Shown piece after piece: positions 13,329-27,600 of a stretch of 64,000 nucleotides of DNA (its first letter is position 1; each line of letters begins with the position of its first letter). Below the pieces are notes generated by a model. That model searched no databases and had not been told where the DNA came from. It was given only the letters and a program-made list of their open reading frames with translations. The position numbers and the translations under genes were made by a program. Source of the stretch: Dipteris shenzhenensis (taxonomy: Eukaryota); assembly GCA_047967505.1 (NCBI GenBank), contig CM106538.1; one strand, given 5' to 3'.

Positions 13329-15420
13329 AATTGAAAAATGGCTAATGGAAAAGCATCGGAAACAGTGCAATTGAGTGCAGAACTTATAAAATGGACAAAT
13401 GAATACACACGAAGATGCCTAGTAGGGCTACTCAATGATGCAATGCTCAATGGTTTTCCACCCGAATGGCAAGAGAATTGGATAAAGCCACTTTACAAAG
13501 GAGGGAACCGCAATCAACTTACCAATTATAGAACCATAATGGTGAGCTCCACAATGGCAAAACTGTTTAGCACAATAATTGAGTCAGAACTCAGCCTATG
13601 GGCAGAGTTGCATAAAAAAAGGGCCATTGGACAAGCAGGCTTTAGGAAAGCTCACAGCACTGTGGATCATCTGGTCACTATACGAGTTTTAATGGAGGAG
13701 AGTAGGCTACAAGGCAAAACCCTTTTTTGTTGCTTTATAGATTTTAAGAAAGCATTCGATATGGTGCCCAGAAACAGTTTATGGGAGAGAATGTTGCAGT
13801 TGGAAGTACCACACCAATTCAGGATAGCAGTTTTCAGGCTATATGAGAAGGTAACATGCCAACTCAAGGGAAAAAATGGGCTATCAACAGCGTTCTACAG
13901 CAATATGGGGGTGAAACAGGGATGCCCACTGTCACCTACATTGTTTGGCTTATGCATTGATAGACTAGAAGAATCGGTCGAGGAGACACTACAAGAAAAG
14001 AGCATAGACAGCCCTCAAATCTTGGGATATGCTGTATTACTGCTGTTGTATGCAGATGATGTTGTTTTCTTCTCACACACAGCAGAAAAGGTGGGATGGA
14101 TGATGCATGTACTTCATAAATTTTGTGTGGAAAGTGGCTTTGCTGTTAATGTCAACAAAACAAAGATGATGATAGTCAAAACAGTACAGCCAGCAAACAC
14201 ACCAAATATTATGTACAATGGCCAGCAAATTGAAAGAGTGCAAACTTTCAAATACCTAGGGGTGGATATACCAGCAAATCACAGGTGGAGTGATTGTGTT
14301 CAAAGAAGGATTGATGCAGGGTGGGGTAAGTACTATCAGTTTGAGAATGATTGCAGGAATAGTGACACTATAAGATGGGGTATCAGACAAATCCTTTTTG
14401 ATGCATATGTTGTACAGATAGTGTTATATGGGGTGGAAGTTTGGGGAGGAAGTATCTCAGCATCAAAATGGGATGATATTGAGAAGATGCAAAAATCATT
14501 CATCAGAAGGCACTTGGGAATCAAAATTACCACACCCTACTCAATCATGCTTCTAGAGACTGGCACCAAACCAATTGAAATAAGGGCATTGGAAAGAGTT
14601 TTTAAATACATCAAGAAGGTCAAGGCCATGGACATACACAGACTACCAAGAAAGGCATGGAAAGCAAGTAGAAGACTTCAAAAAACAAATAAGAGTAAGA
14701 TACTATCCTCAGGATGGTGGCTAGATATTCATGGCTGGTTCCAAAGGTGGGAAGTTGCCTCATATTTAGATAGCCCCTCAGACAAAATGGATGAGGAGGC
14801 ACTGCAAAAAGCGCTCCTTGAAGCATTGCATCACAAATGGCAATCAGCTAAGAAAAGAACTAAGTTTGAATACTATTGCCAACATATTAGTCCCAGCTAT
14901 TGGAGCACATATGCTCAAGCAAAGGACAATGTTCAAAGATACATAAGCATGCCCATACCTATTAATGTCAGGCGTAATATTGCAAGTATGCGTACCCGTT
15001 CTCATATGCTAGAGGTGGAGAGAGGAGCCTGGGGAGATACTTCAAGAGATCAATGAATTTGCCAAATGCGTGATTTGCAGGACGTGGAGACAGAAGCACA
15101 TGTTTTATTGACATGCCCACAGTATGCCCACATAAGGAAAGATTTTCAGAATGTCGTAGAGAGGCACTCAAATCTTGTGAGCCTACTCACGCATGTACAT
15201 CCTCCTATCTTGGGCACATATATTGGTAGGATTCTTAAGCACAGAGAACAATGCACGATGTCGTAGGCTATAAAGCAGTGATACTGTGTTACTTTATCAC
15301 CCCTTCTCTTTGGGGGACAGAGACTTCCTTTTTTGTATCTTCTCTGATCAGATGAGGTCCCATGGGTCGTTTTTCGGCCCCCAGAGGACGATAATACAAC
15401 ATTCTATTCTATTCTATTCT
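13329..15420 (+). mobile_element. 5'-truncated non-LTR retrotransposon (RTE/RTEX-like) in MUB intron 2, with near-intact RT ORF 13338-15266
   Basis: RT motifs QAGFR, FIDFKKAFD, GVKQGCPLSPTLF, LLYADD, FKYLG; one in-frame TGA at 15054 before a C-terminal C..VETEAHVLLTCP motif; (ATTCT)n 3' tail at ~15400-15420; both flanks are (CT)n. Confidence 0.9.
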
Positions 15421-15619
15421 CTCTCTCTCTCTACATTCCCTCTCAGTTGCAGTTAGTCCTGCACACATGCACGCACGCACACACAGATGCTGTCTTTTGA
15501 GCACAGCATCTTATATGCACGCATGCAGACGTGTGTGTAATGTGTTATAAATAAATGAATAAATATGATGTTACACATAAAACACACACGCAAACACTTT
15601 TTTTTTTGGAAATCCATTT

Positions 15620-16330
15620 GCTGGAAGAAGTGATACGTGGCCAGGGCCAAAGATCCTATGGTTTCAGTCCTTCCATAGAGTCCATAGCACCCAATAATGA
15701 AACCCAATGAAAGAAAATATATACTACTGCCTAGCAGGAGGAGCCAGAACAGCTTGCCAAAGCAAGTAGTAGTGAAATAGGCCTGAAGATGTTGCTATAA
15801 AAAAACAAGAAGTTACAAGAATGAGGGGGCAATGTCAAAATAGATGAGAGGAGACATCGGCGACAAGTAGGACCATATGTGATTCGCATGAATAGAAACC
15901 CAAGGAGAAAGCAATCTCCAACCTATGCAGTGCATCTGTAGCTATGAAGTGATCCATTTATTGAAGCATCGGATGAATAGCTATTGCATAAGAAAAATAA
16001 AGGGTCCATTCATCAGTAAGATCATCTGCCAAAATGCTAGCAACCTTGACATATTGAACAATGAAGGGTCCATTCATTAGTAAGATCATCCGCCAAAATG
16101 CTAGCAGCAGTAGTATCTTGATAGAGCTGTTAAGATGCTGCATTTTTTCCAAATCCCTAAGATTGCATAGTTTGGGAAATGAAATCCCATTGTATAGTAT
16201 CAAATGCTTTTGCAATCCCTACATAAGCATTGGCAATATTGTCTGTAATATGTCGGCGGGGAATGAACCTAAATTGGGTAGTGTGTAACCCCTCATGCAA
16301 GAAATTTTTGATACGGCTCACTATCATCTT
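15620..16330 (-). mobile_element. Degenerate L1-type LINE RT fragment
   Basis: Minus-strand HTTQFRFIPRRHITDNI, AKAFDTIQWDFI and ILADDL motifs with frameshifts. Confidence 0.7.
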
Positions 16331-16776
16331 AGCACAACACCCCCCGCCCCCCCTTTTCCCTTTTCCCTCCTCTCTCTCTCTTTCTCTCTCACACACACAC
16401 ACACACACATTTTTTTGGATGAAAATTTTGATGCTTTATATTACACAGAAGCTTCCCCTAAATGAGGAGCTGAACATTACATCAGCAGAAGATCTCAGTA
16501 TATTACAAGTGTACATTGTAGTCCATATAATCAGTTTGTAGACAATCAAAGAAAGATTGCTGCAGAGAGCGTCAGAAAAAAGGGAAAGTGGAAAAAGTAG
16601 ATCACCAAAGACTATGTTTTCGATCCTTCCATCAGTCCAGGCCCAATAACGAACACACGCACACGCACACGCACTCACAGATGTGAGCGCGCATGCATGT
16701 GTGTATGTACAGAAATGTAAACTACGTACATACATATTTAGATAGATCTATATGTATGTACATACATATCTACATA

Positions 16777-16826
<50 letters not shown>

Positions 16827-17252
16827 CCCCCCCTCTCTCTCTCTCTCTCATGCAAGCTGAAGGGCACAATAATTTGGATATCTAAGGAGCTTACTCCGTC
16901 ACTTCGACGCAGCTCAAACAAAGACACATCGAACTCAATAAAGCGAAAGAAGCACACAAGGAAGGTAAGTGGGTGGTTTATCAGGATGTGCAAGCACTGA
17001 TTCGAGATTTCAAATCCAAACCCAAAGACTCTTAGTCTTAAACTGATGTTATTCAGGCCGCTTCAAAGATACTAAAACTTAGCTATGCATCTAAATAGTT
17101 ATCGGCTGAGTTGCCTTGGGGACTTCCCTGACTCTTTGGCTACCCAAATGTAATTGGAACTTTTTGGTGTGTACTTTGTCTCATAGGCCCATGGGGCCTT
17201 CCACAAACATTAATATAACTTCTGCTCTGTGTGTGTGTGTGTGCCTCTCTCT

Positions 17253-17333
<81 letters not shown>

Positions 17334-17676
17334 TAATATATACATATACATATATGTTTACATATATAATACATATATGCATGTATGTATTTATATACGT
17401 ATTTCTATTTTTTGGAGGGCATTTGGTCTTAGGTACTTGTTAGTTTTAGATTTTTTCCACCTCCTTATTCTATTATTTATTATTATTTTCAAATTTAAAA
17501 CATAAACTAACTCAGATAATAATAATTGTTTTCTTGTGTTTGTGTCGGCATTTCATTTGTCTTCTGATACTTTGTTTCCTTAATATAACTCGAAGTTATT
17601 GTTGTTTGGGGGTTGGGATTTCAAAGCTTAGTAAGCACCAGGTAGTAAAAGAGACTCTTGAATCTTTTGAAACCTA

Positions 17677-17860
17677 GATGACAGCTTATGCTTGGGTATT
17701 GATGAGAACATAACTGTAGCTTTGTTTACTAAGTTATTTGTATTTTTAGTTTTCTCATTTACTCATAATTTAATTTGTAATCGCTTACTGATTCTTTTGC
17801 TTGTCTTATAAAAAAATACTTTGTAAGATTGATATATTCTAGTCTTATGAAGGCATATTT
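17677..17860. repeat. ~190 bp dispersed repeat, second copy at ~11570-11760
   Basis: gatg(g/a)cagcttatgcttgggta(c/t)tgatgagaacataa...tttctcatttactcat...gtaagattg...tattctagt shared by both MUB introns. Confidence 0.85.
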
Positions 17861-18299
17861 TTCTGTCACCTTATCGGACATTGCAAGTTCTATAAGAAAT
17901 TTCATCTAGTCTAGCTAAGTTTCTTATTTGGAAATGTGCTATTTTTCTTGGGTTGCTTGTTTAATTCCTTTGCATTATTTCCATCTTTTTTGTTTACTAT
18001 CTCTGTTCTTATTCTTCTTTGCGGTTTATTGGGTCCTTCTTGGATCAAGGGCTTCTTTTGCGGTTTCTTGAAAGGTCCTTGGTGTGAGGGGGACTAAGTA
18101 GGGATTCTACCCAGAAGTCATGGGCATGTGAGTGGACACTATTGCCAATGACTTCTCAAGTGTATCGAGTAGTCTCTTTAGGGCCTCGTTGCTCGGTGGC
18201 AGCCTCGCTACAAAAGAGGGGAGTGTGGTCAGCACCGCCTTTTCTGATTTCAGATCATCTGCCCATGGGTGGTGTTGGTCGTCCTAACTATTGAAAATG

Positions 18300-21200
18300 T
18301 AAGCATGACTTCTACAATGTAGGGTTGCATGGCGTCTAGGAGGTTGCATGAGGAGCCAACAATGAAGAGTTACATGTGATCCCGTGGATTACCAGGAGAT
18401 ATCTTTTGTAAAAACTGAAAAGCAAGGGTTGCATCGGTGCATCTCAGCTAAAAATAGGGGCAGAGGTCTTTTTTGGCATGAGAGGCTGCCTTTGGATTGC
18501 TTAGAAAGACGTGGAAACATTAGGACAAAAGGCCTTCAATTAGGACAAAACAGTGGTAGAAACCTTACAAGCATCGACAGTTGGCCATTCATAGTAATAA
18601 ATAGTTTATTCCTTTCAGCGCGACAGTTCTATAGGACATGCTGCTGCTGCTGATACTTCTGTCCTTCCTACTGACTTTCTAAGGAGCTTTTCTTAGTAAT
18701 AACAAGTTTATTCCTTTCATTGACAGTTCTATAGGACATGCTGCTGCTGCTGCTGCTGATACTTCTGTCCTTCCTACTGATTTTCCAAGGAGCTTTTCTT
18801 AAAGGGGTCAAGTTTGACTTTCTTCTTCCAAGGATTCGTGCCTATTAAAAGCCATAGAGAAAAGTTTGCTATCCAAGTAGAAGAATCTTTAGTGGTAGAA
18901 GGTCTCTTATAACATTGAAAATCGAGAGTGTTTAATCTAGCTGCTTCAAAACTAAGAGAAATATCTTTCATCGGTGTCTCCAATATTGGTAGCTCTCTCT
19001 CTTTAGGGGATGTAAATTCCAGCAGAAGCTGTTGATTTCTTATGTAGACAATGTTGTAGTATAGCTGGTCACCTCCCCATTTGTAAGCTCCCATATGAGG
19101 AGAGTGTGGGGGAGGTGGAGTCTGGACCATGATAGGATGGGGCTGCCACATGGGCAGCACATAGGCTGCCATGTGGGCAGCACAAAAGGAGCTCACCTGT
19201 ATGTCATTGGAGGCTGCGTGTGGAGCAGATCTGATGAGCAGCAGGGAGTGTGATCAAAGGCGCAATCATCTGGACGAATCCTGAAGAGATATGCACAGGT
19301 ATTACACCCTGGAACAGATCGTAATCAGCCCAAGACATTGCAGGCACTGATGGGACACATGGCGCCTGTGTACGGGCTGCTGCAGACAACTGTACGGAAG
19401 CCTTTGAGGCTGGAAATGATCAGGAGCAGCTTCAGATTCAGGCAGAACTGCAGGGGGAGGAGAGGCGACTTTTTGGCAGGTGACATGGACAGGTTTGGGG
19501 CAGGAATAGACCCTGACTGGGTCTGCACATGGCTGGGCCAGTGGCTGGATGCCACTGGCCAGGCAGGCCAGCAGAAGGCTGTCCAGGAGCTGCCAACCAG
19601 GTCGGGCACCACGGACCAGCAGGTTGGATGGTTGGGCCTGCCTGGGTCGGCCTGAATAGGCTGCTGGGTTGGTCCTTTTTGGATGGCCTATGGCCCTATA
19701 AAAGGGGAGCCATTTGAGCTCACAAGTCATCCATTGGAGCAGCAACTTGGGAGCAGACTGGAGCAGCAGGAAGCCAGCCTGAAGGACATATTCAAGGTAT
19801 ACACAACGCACCTTTGCATATGGGTCTAGTTCCCCTATTGTACTCATGGCAGCATGGGGACGAGGGGAGCTCATTCCCAACAGCCCTTTTGAGGAAAACC
19901 GGAGAACAGAAAGCCAGATCAGACAAGATGATGGTAGAGCCAACTATAGAGTAGGCTTCATCAATAACCCAATAGTGCAGGACCAATGTGACGTACAGGT
20001 CGAAGTCTACACAGCAATGCACGTGTCCAAAGCTAGGTTGCTGCAGACAAAGCTACGTGTCAGTGACAAAAACCGGCTCTGATACTGTGGTAGGAAAGAG
20101 CGCTCAAACATGCCACCTGTCCAAAGGAAACACTGGATGCAAGGATGGCCCATAGCAGTGTCAGCCTGCCCACTATCCCAAAAGAGCCGGCGGGATAGTG
20201 AGGAGGGTCTCAAACCTTGAATATATTCAAGCTACACCACAACACATCTTTGCATAAGGGACTAAGTCCCGAATTGTACACGTGGCAGCATGCGGACCCC
20301 AGCATCTGACTTACAGTACATCAGGTGGGCACAGTGGGATAGCGGACCAGCTAGGTCCTTGGGGACATGACTGTCTCCCCTAGTAGTCAAGGAGTGGAAG
20401 TGAGCACTGGCACATTTGTGAGGGGCTCGCAGCAGTATGTTGGAAATTTGGCACAACTATTCTAGAGGTTTGGAGGGAGGTCGGCATGGGTGGCTGAGAG
20501 GATCTAGTGGAGCAGTCGGGAGCTCCAGTGCCAGACTCTTAGACGAAGATCTGCTCTTCAGGAGTGGGAGAGAGCTCTTCGCCGAGACCTAGCATCTATT
20601 GAGAGACTCAGGGAGTAGGATCCGGGGTCCCAGTGGCTTAGGGGGTTTGGAGCTATAGGATTTGGAGGTCCATAGATCAGAGTTCTCATACCACTCTTTT
20701 CGGGCCAATGGGTCCAACAGATGACAAGATGACCAGGCAGTTTTTCCAAATCACATGACCACCGTCTGCAAGGATCCATCTCTAGCGACTAAGAGAATCG
20801 CAGGGATAGATGCACTCAGACCCGACAAGGGGTGGGCGGCATGGGTGGCTCAGAGGATCCAGTGGAGCAGTTGGGAGCTCCACTGCCAGACTCTTAGACG
20901 GAGATCTGCTCTTCAGGAGTGGGAGAGAGCTCTTCGCCGAGACCTAGCATCTATCGAGAGACTCAAGGAGTAGGATCTGGGGTCCCCATGGCTTAGGGAT
21001 TTCCTAGAGTGTGCACGTTTGGAGCTATAGGATTTGGAGCTCCATAGAGCAGAGTTTTCATACCACTCTTCTCTGGCCAATGGGTCCAGCAGATTACAAG
21101 ATGACCAGGTAGTTTTTCCAAATTACAGGACGGCAGCCTGCAAGGATCCATCTCTAGCGACTCAGGGAATCACAGCGATAGATGCACACAGACAGCCAGA

Positions 21201-22760
21201 CCCTGTCGTCTGGTTTATTGGTTCAAGAGGGACACTTCTCCTTGAGACAGTGACTTGCTGGCAGTGACACAGAGGAGGTCGTGGGTTCAACTCCCTAGAG
21301 TGGTAGAGGATGAGAGCAGTGGGATGGTTGGAGAAGAGATGGACATGGATCCTCAACCTTGCACATGCATGAGTTCGCTCAGTGGAAGCTATGGAGTGGT
21401 GCTCGAGGATTGAGCAGATTCCGGTATTCTCTTGCACCACCCATATTGGCAGGCATCTTCAGCTGGCAGCCACCCTCGGACCCCCTCGCGAGCTGGACAG
21501 CTTGAGCAGCAGATGCCTTAGGAGGTTATTAGCAGGTTCTGGTCACACCTATGGACCAGGCCCCGGCCCTGGCCAAGAAAGATCTCTCATTTATTTTGGC
21601 TTGTGGTACATGGAGGTCTACTAATGGGTCCCTTCTTTATGAGATGTGGGGGTAGATGGCACTTTTCATTGTTGCCAATAGGGGACATGGAGACTCTTTT
21701 GCACTGCCTATGGGGATGCTAGGCAGCCCACAGGATTTGGCAGTGCCCCCTCAGGATTATTGCGCTGTGGAGCGGATTCGAGAGGTGTTCACATGGGGCA
21801 TGGTTGGTTGGTTGAAGGGTGGCACGCCTTCCCCATAGATATGAGCTCTCTTGCATCCCTGGTGGATGGGGATACTGTGATGGCAGGACATTTGGGACTC
21901 GGTTCCCCACTCCAAACAGCATCCAGAGTTCTCATGAGAGACCAAGGTTCAGAGGGTTCCAGGATGATAGCCAAGAGGCTTGAGCACTTCTGCAAGGCCT
22001 GGCCTGCAAGCATTTTCTACATATTCACGTGTTGAGGAATCCACCGGTGGTACAGATACTCCATACTGGTTGTTGGTCTGGGGTACCCTAGGCATTGAGC
22101 TGGGACCCTGCGAGGCAGCCTGCAGGACAGGTGGCCTTTTTCTAGCGCCTCATGGATAGCTCACTCCTTTGTATTGGATAGATGGTTCTTTTCTTTGGTG
22201 GGGGGGTGGGGAACTGACATGGGTTCCCTAAGCAACTTCCAGTTTTTAATCCTTTAAAGGCCACCCTGAAAGGGCACTGGAGGTTTCGGAATATGCTTTT
22301 GGTATATGGGAAACCCGTGCCATATAATAACCAAGCAGAGATAGAGACTCTGTATATGTAGAAGTCTGCAAGGTTCCTGAGTCCATCTGGGGCATCGCAG
22401 TACCTATCTCTGAGGAGCTGGATAAGCTATGTGTGCTAGTACTTCAGATTTAACCATGTCCATGTCACCCACAGTGCACAACACTGCGTCAGGGAGCTAT
22501 CGCCATCTGCGTGTCCTGGTGCGAATCAGTGATATTACAGTCTTGCTTGCTGAGAGAGGGGTGCATCTGGGTGACGTTTGTCTGTGATGTGCTCGCAGTA
22601 GTACTAGTATATCTCATCTGGCGACATTCTGTCACTCATGTATGGTGTACCTGATCAACCAAGTATGTTCCGTTGACTAGAAGGTCTATTATAGGGAGAG
22701 ATCTAGCAGCTCCTCTACATCGAGCTCCCAAATTACGCTGTGGTATCTAAGACTCGTGTA
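18300..22760. mobile_element. GC-richer unclassified retroelement-like insertion in MUB intron 2 with internal tandem duplications
   Basis: Compositional shift; tandem ~100 bp units (18590-18800) and ~350 bp units (20480-21190); TGTAA at ~19082, TATAAAA at ~19697, TTAC at ~22735 followed by PBS-like tggtatc at ~22743. No intact ORF. Confidence 0.4.
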
Positions 22761-22984
22761 GAGTTCAAAAGTTTGCTTTTGTGAGTTTTCTTGGTTTGGA
22801 GCCAACATCCCATGTACGAGTCATGACTCCATTTCATCTTCCATTTTCTAATGCTGCACTATGTATATATCTCTATGTCCCTTTGATGAGTTTCCAACAC
22901 AAGTATAGGAAGGTGTAGAATTATTCACACTCAAGGGTTGCCTTTTACCACGAGGGGATTAAAAAAGAAAGCTCTTAAATGCCA

Positions 22985-23034
<50 letters not shown>

Positions 23035-23081
23035 GCCAATGATGATCTGAAGCTTTCTTTTGTTGTTGTGTACTGGTTCAG

Positions 23082-23137
23082 AAAAGCAGCCATCAAACAA
23101 ACCTAAGAAGAGCAAGTGTGAATGCACGATTCTTTAG
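23082..23137 (+). CDS. MUB: MUB coding exon 3 with C-terminal CaaX motif (CTIL)
   Basis: Acceptor ttcag at 23081; phase matches exon 2; EKQPSNKPKKSKCECTIL*; spliced total 357 nt = 118 aa plus stop, the expected MUB size. Confidence 0.92.
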
Positions 23138-24639
23138 TTCCATTGGCTCTCCGGACATAAGGTTGCTCGTTCTTAATATCCACTCCGGATGGATCCTATT
23201 GACCTACTTATGTGTTCAGGTAGAAGGATTTTTCCTGGAAGATGTACCTGTAATGATAACATTGGATACTTTCAGATGGAGTGCCCTCTAACTGCAGCAG
23301 CTGATTGAGGCTTGTAAATGTTGGGTCCTAGAAGAAATTTAACAGATGCTAACATCTAGACTGGCGAGCTATAGGGCTCGTGGATCATCAGTGCTTGTAT
23401 TGGTGTATGCTCTCTCCTCTAAGACTGGTAAGACCACATGTATTGCGGTACCCCGTCAGGTGCATCTGTACTGGGAGTATCAAGGCGTGCCAAAAGTACT
23501 AAGGCTGCAGCCTCATGGTGTGGTCTCTTCAATGGTTCTCAGTCCAAGTGTGTCTCTCATTTGGATTTATTTTGGCAGTACCAGGAAGTGGACAAGGTCT
23601 GTCACATGATAAGTTCTGTGACAATCCATTTTTATCAATGATCATGACAGATTCCAGAATGGAACTGTCCGGGGACGCTGACACAAAGCATGGAGGTGAA
23701 TGGCGACTTTAAAATCCAGTGGATGTTCGGAAAATGCTAAATTTATTATATTTTCCAATGTAATCAAGGATTCTGCATTTTGAATAATTTTAGGTGGCCG
23801 ATGTGGGTTCTGTCAACTGTAAGCTATCTTTGAAACTTCTCACCAGGAGCATGCACTTTTTTTGTTGATCAAATCCTGAAAGAATATTTGGTAACTATTT
23901 CTGACTTAGTGAGCCAGGGCTCCTTTTTTTGGAAGAAGGGGGAGAGAGAGAGAGAGAGAGCAACCTCTTTAAAGGGTTATACAACAGGAGTCTGAGCCAA
24001 TTCCTTTTTCGTTTTGGGGTGGGAGAGGGAGGTAAGGGGGTAGAGAAAAGTTTTATGCATAAATGCAGACCTGCATATGTAAATGTAGACCTATCTGTCT
24101 CCTTGCATGCACACTTGGCTGCATACACATATTTATATGTATGTATGCACTCTTATATACGTGCATGTTACGTACATAAATGTACGCATATGTATGTACA
24201 CTACATGTAGGCATGTATTCTTATGTGTATACGCACATATATATGCGCCCAGCTGGTTGTATGCATAAATGCAGATCTGCATTGTGAAGGTAGACCTATG
24301 TGCATTTGTACATATGTACTGGTATGTGTATGTAATTGTGTATTTATGTAAGTACATGTGCATGCATGTGAGAGAGACGTGTATGCATAGACTACCAAGC
24401 TTGCAGACACTTTACAATTATGTATGCACAATGGCAAAATAAAATGCTAGTCTTCACAAGCAGTTGTAGCTTGAATGAAGAGAACATGGACTACTTTTTG
24501 ATAGCTTTCATCTTGGGTGGCTACCTTTGTTATGGCTGACTTTGCCCTTCACTTCTGGAGTATTGACAGAAATTTAGTATAGAGATCTTTGTATTAATAA
24601 ATGCTCACGTGTGTGTAGATATGCATATTTGAGAGCCTA

Positions 24640-27600
24640 TATCCTAGAGTGAAAAGAAAGGTTGCAATTGCCCCCGTGTGTTGAGGGAGAAGACCTCTCT
24701 AGTATGGCTTGCTATAGGGATTTGACTAGAGCTCCTCGTGTATCAAGCAAAAATCCCACAATCTCATTGAGCTCCCAAACATAGGCATTGCTGCATAGTG
24801 CTGTGCCCTTTTAGGAAAAGGCTAAATCCAATTTGACATGAGCTTTTTTGACATGTAAAGGAGTATCACAAGCTGTTGTTAGGCCTCCTAGAAGATGCAA
24901 ATATCGTGTGAGATGCTCCCCTTGAACAAAGATACTTTTGCGTAGCACAGCTGAGAGGTCTCAGCCACAAGGTCAATCCCTTGGTAAGATCTTGTAGGCC
25001 ATGTCTAATAAGATGATCAGCCTCCACTTATGAATATTTGCCCTAACCTCTCCCTTGGGGATTAAAGAAATGCAGCTAGGGAAGAGGAATTGGGGTACTT
25101 ACCCTAAGTCAAAGAGGTCCTATGAGGTGCACAAAGATAAGTTACCTCTCTTGGGCATTTTTTGTGTTCGGAGGGTCTTCAAGGCCTCAAGCATTTCAAC
25201 ATTTGTGGAGTTGTCTTTGAGTATTTCATAACATAGGAAGTGACATTGAAGGAGTGACTATTGAAGTAGGAACCTCCTTTGAAGGAACCTATGCCTAGAT
25301 CTCTTCCCATGCCCTCTCCATGCCCTTTGACCTCAGGGGTGATCACCTTTGTTTGGAAAAGTTGTCTATAAAATGAAGTGGTATCTCGAGTATCTCTTGT
25401 TGATTGAATGGATGTAGCCCTCGTTGTTCCTCAAGCTTTAGAGTTGAGTCCGTGCCAAGATTGAGCCTGTGTTTTGATGAAATTGCGTGTCATCCTATCA
25501 CCCTATTATACCCATCACACTCTTTCAGAGTGAAAGGGCTCGCATGAAGTGCGAGTCTACTAGATTTGCATCTATCCACAATCCATGGTGAACCAAGCTT
25601 CTGCTCTTGGCGCCGCAAGGTCTTTGTTGAGTGCTCGTTCATGATCATAGAGTTTGCCTACAAAGCGCACTACTTTAATGAATGTCATTTGTTGTCCAAA
25701 GGCCCCATCCTCTTTTGGGGTTAATGCTCTCCCACTTTTTATATTTGCATGATGGCTTCACAAACTCTCTCTTGATTGAGGTTATCATGGGTTTCCACTT
25801 CTCTTTGAGGAGGCCCCTAATGAGCTGATCCAGATAGAGGACAACCAATGAATGATGTGACATCATCATGCTTGCTAGGATATCCGTGGTTTTACCTCTA
25901 TGCATGGCCAAGTTCCCAACATAGAAATAGTCTAACCCCTCCATCAAATCATGAAGGCAATGTTGACCAAAGGAAAATATAAGATTGCTGTAGAGTCTAG
26001 AGAACTCTGCTTTTTGCCATGGGTCTGATCCTCTTATACGAAAAATGAACTACTCCCAAGTGCCATGCTATGTTGGGGGTGATCCCTTGGAAGGATGCAT
26101 CATCTTGCTATCCTCATAAACTCGAAGTTGTTGAAGGTAGCTCAAACTACAAGAGTCTACTTTCGGTAAGCTATTACTTAATTAATGCTAGAAGAGACGT
26201 TACTTTTGTCAATAGGGTGGAGCATAAATGTTGAGAGGATCCTATACTGACATCCCCAACCCTTAGCCCATCTAGATTGCTCTGTCCCCAATTAGCTCTC
26301 CTTGATCGGACATGTCAAATGCCAAGGATGAAGTGATCATTGGACATATAGATAAATCCACTTTGTTCTAGGCCTCTTGCCAGAAGAAGATGCCCAACAC
26401 TTGTGAATATTTGACAATGAATATTTGTTCTGGCAATGTGAGGATATCCACAGGACCCAAAATCAAAGGCCGTTCTAACTCCTTCCATAGAATGATTGTT
26501 GCCTTGAAGCCATGCATCTTTGAACTTCTATGGTCGAAGTGATGGGGGTAGTGGTGAATAGGTGTTGGAAGCCTATGTGACTGCTTCTGAGCGAGTCGAC
26601 TTCAAAAGGGATTTGGAAGGGGAGTAATCAAGGTCAGTGCGGCGTCCTCCCAGGGGCATCACTAGCTCCATCCAAGCTTGGGGGTAGCATTGGCTACATG
26701 GCCAATGGGTGACATTGATGGAGCTTTTAATCCACATCTAAGGCAAACCACTATCACCAAACACTCAATTCAGAGTTCATCCTTGGGGGCGGCATCTTGG
26801 AAGTTAGCCTTGTTGCCATGCACAATCCATCCTTTTGACCCAACCAATTATCAAGTATTTGCATCATTAGGCCCATCATAATAAGGTCAGAGAAAGCAGG
26901 GTTCCATTGTTCCTCATGTGTTACTACAAAGTTAAAGCCCCAGAAGGGATGGTTCATGGTCCCCACTACTTCGATAGTCTCCTTTCTTGGGCTATAAAAT
27001 CATTACTAAGACCTCAAGGGCAAGGATACTCCTCCAGTATCTCTATGTAGTTCCACCAAAACTGCTTGGGAAGTGGTTGCGGCTTAGTAATTGAAACAAA
27101 GGATCCGATCCTGGTGATTGAGAAGATATAGGATACAAATCTAAAAAGGATGAATCAAAAGATGGTCAAGAGTCTCCATTACTAGGAAAAGGGCCAATAG
27201 GGGAGAAATGGGCAGGAGATGACAACAAATGAAGAGCAGGATCTAGAGATGAGGAAGTTGGTTGGGAAGGGCAAATAGGCTAATTCAAGGCCTCGAGAGG
27301 CAAGGGAGAGTTGTGAGTGGGGTCGGGGTTAGTAGGAGGGTGTAGAGGAAGGGGAGGCGGGGTTTAGGATTCAGAGGAAGGGGAGACAAGGGGAACACCT
27401 CCTACATGGAGTTGTGGCCATCACTATAGGTTCCTTTGAAAAGAGGAGTGGGATCTTGAGTAGAGAGATTTGTAGGTATATCAAATATCTTCCCTTGATG
27501 TGAAGGAGCTAATCTCTTCGGGGGTGGCTCAACCTCATGCTCAAGAACCCTAGTGGGATGCCTCTTTACTTGCTCGGCATGCCCTCCATTTCACAATCTT

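Noticed and set aside
20480-21190. CRISPR-like or regular repeat-spacer array
   Set aside because: Simple two-copy ~350 bp tandem duplication with no repeat-spacer periodicity; eukaryotic context.
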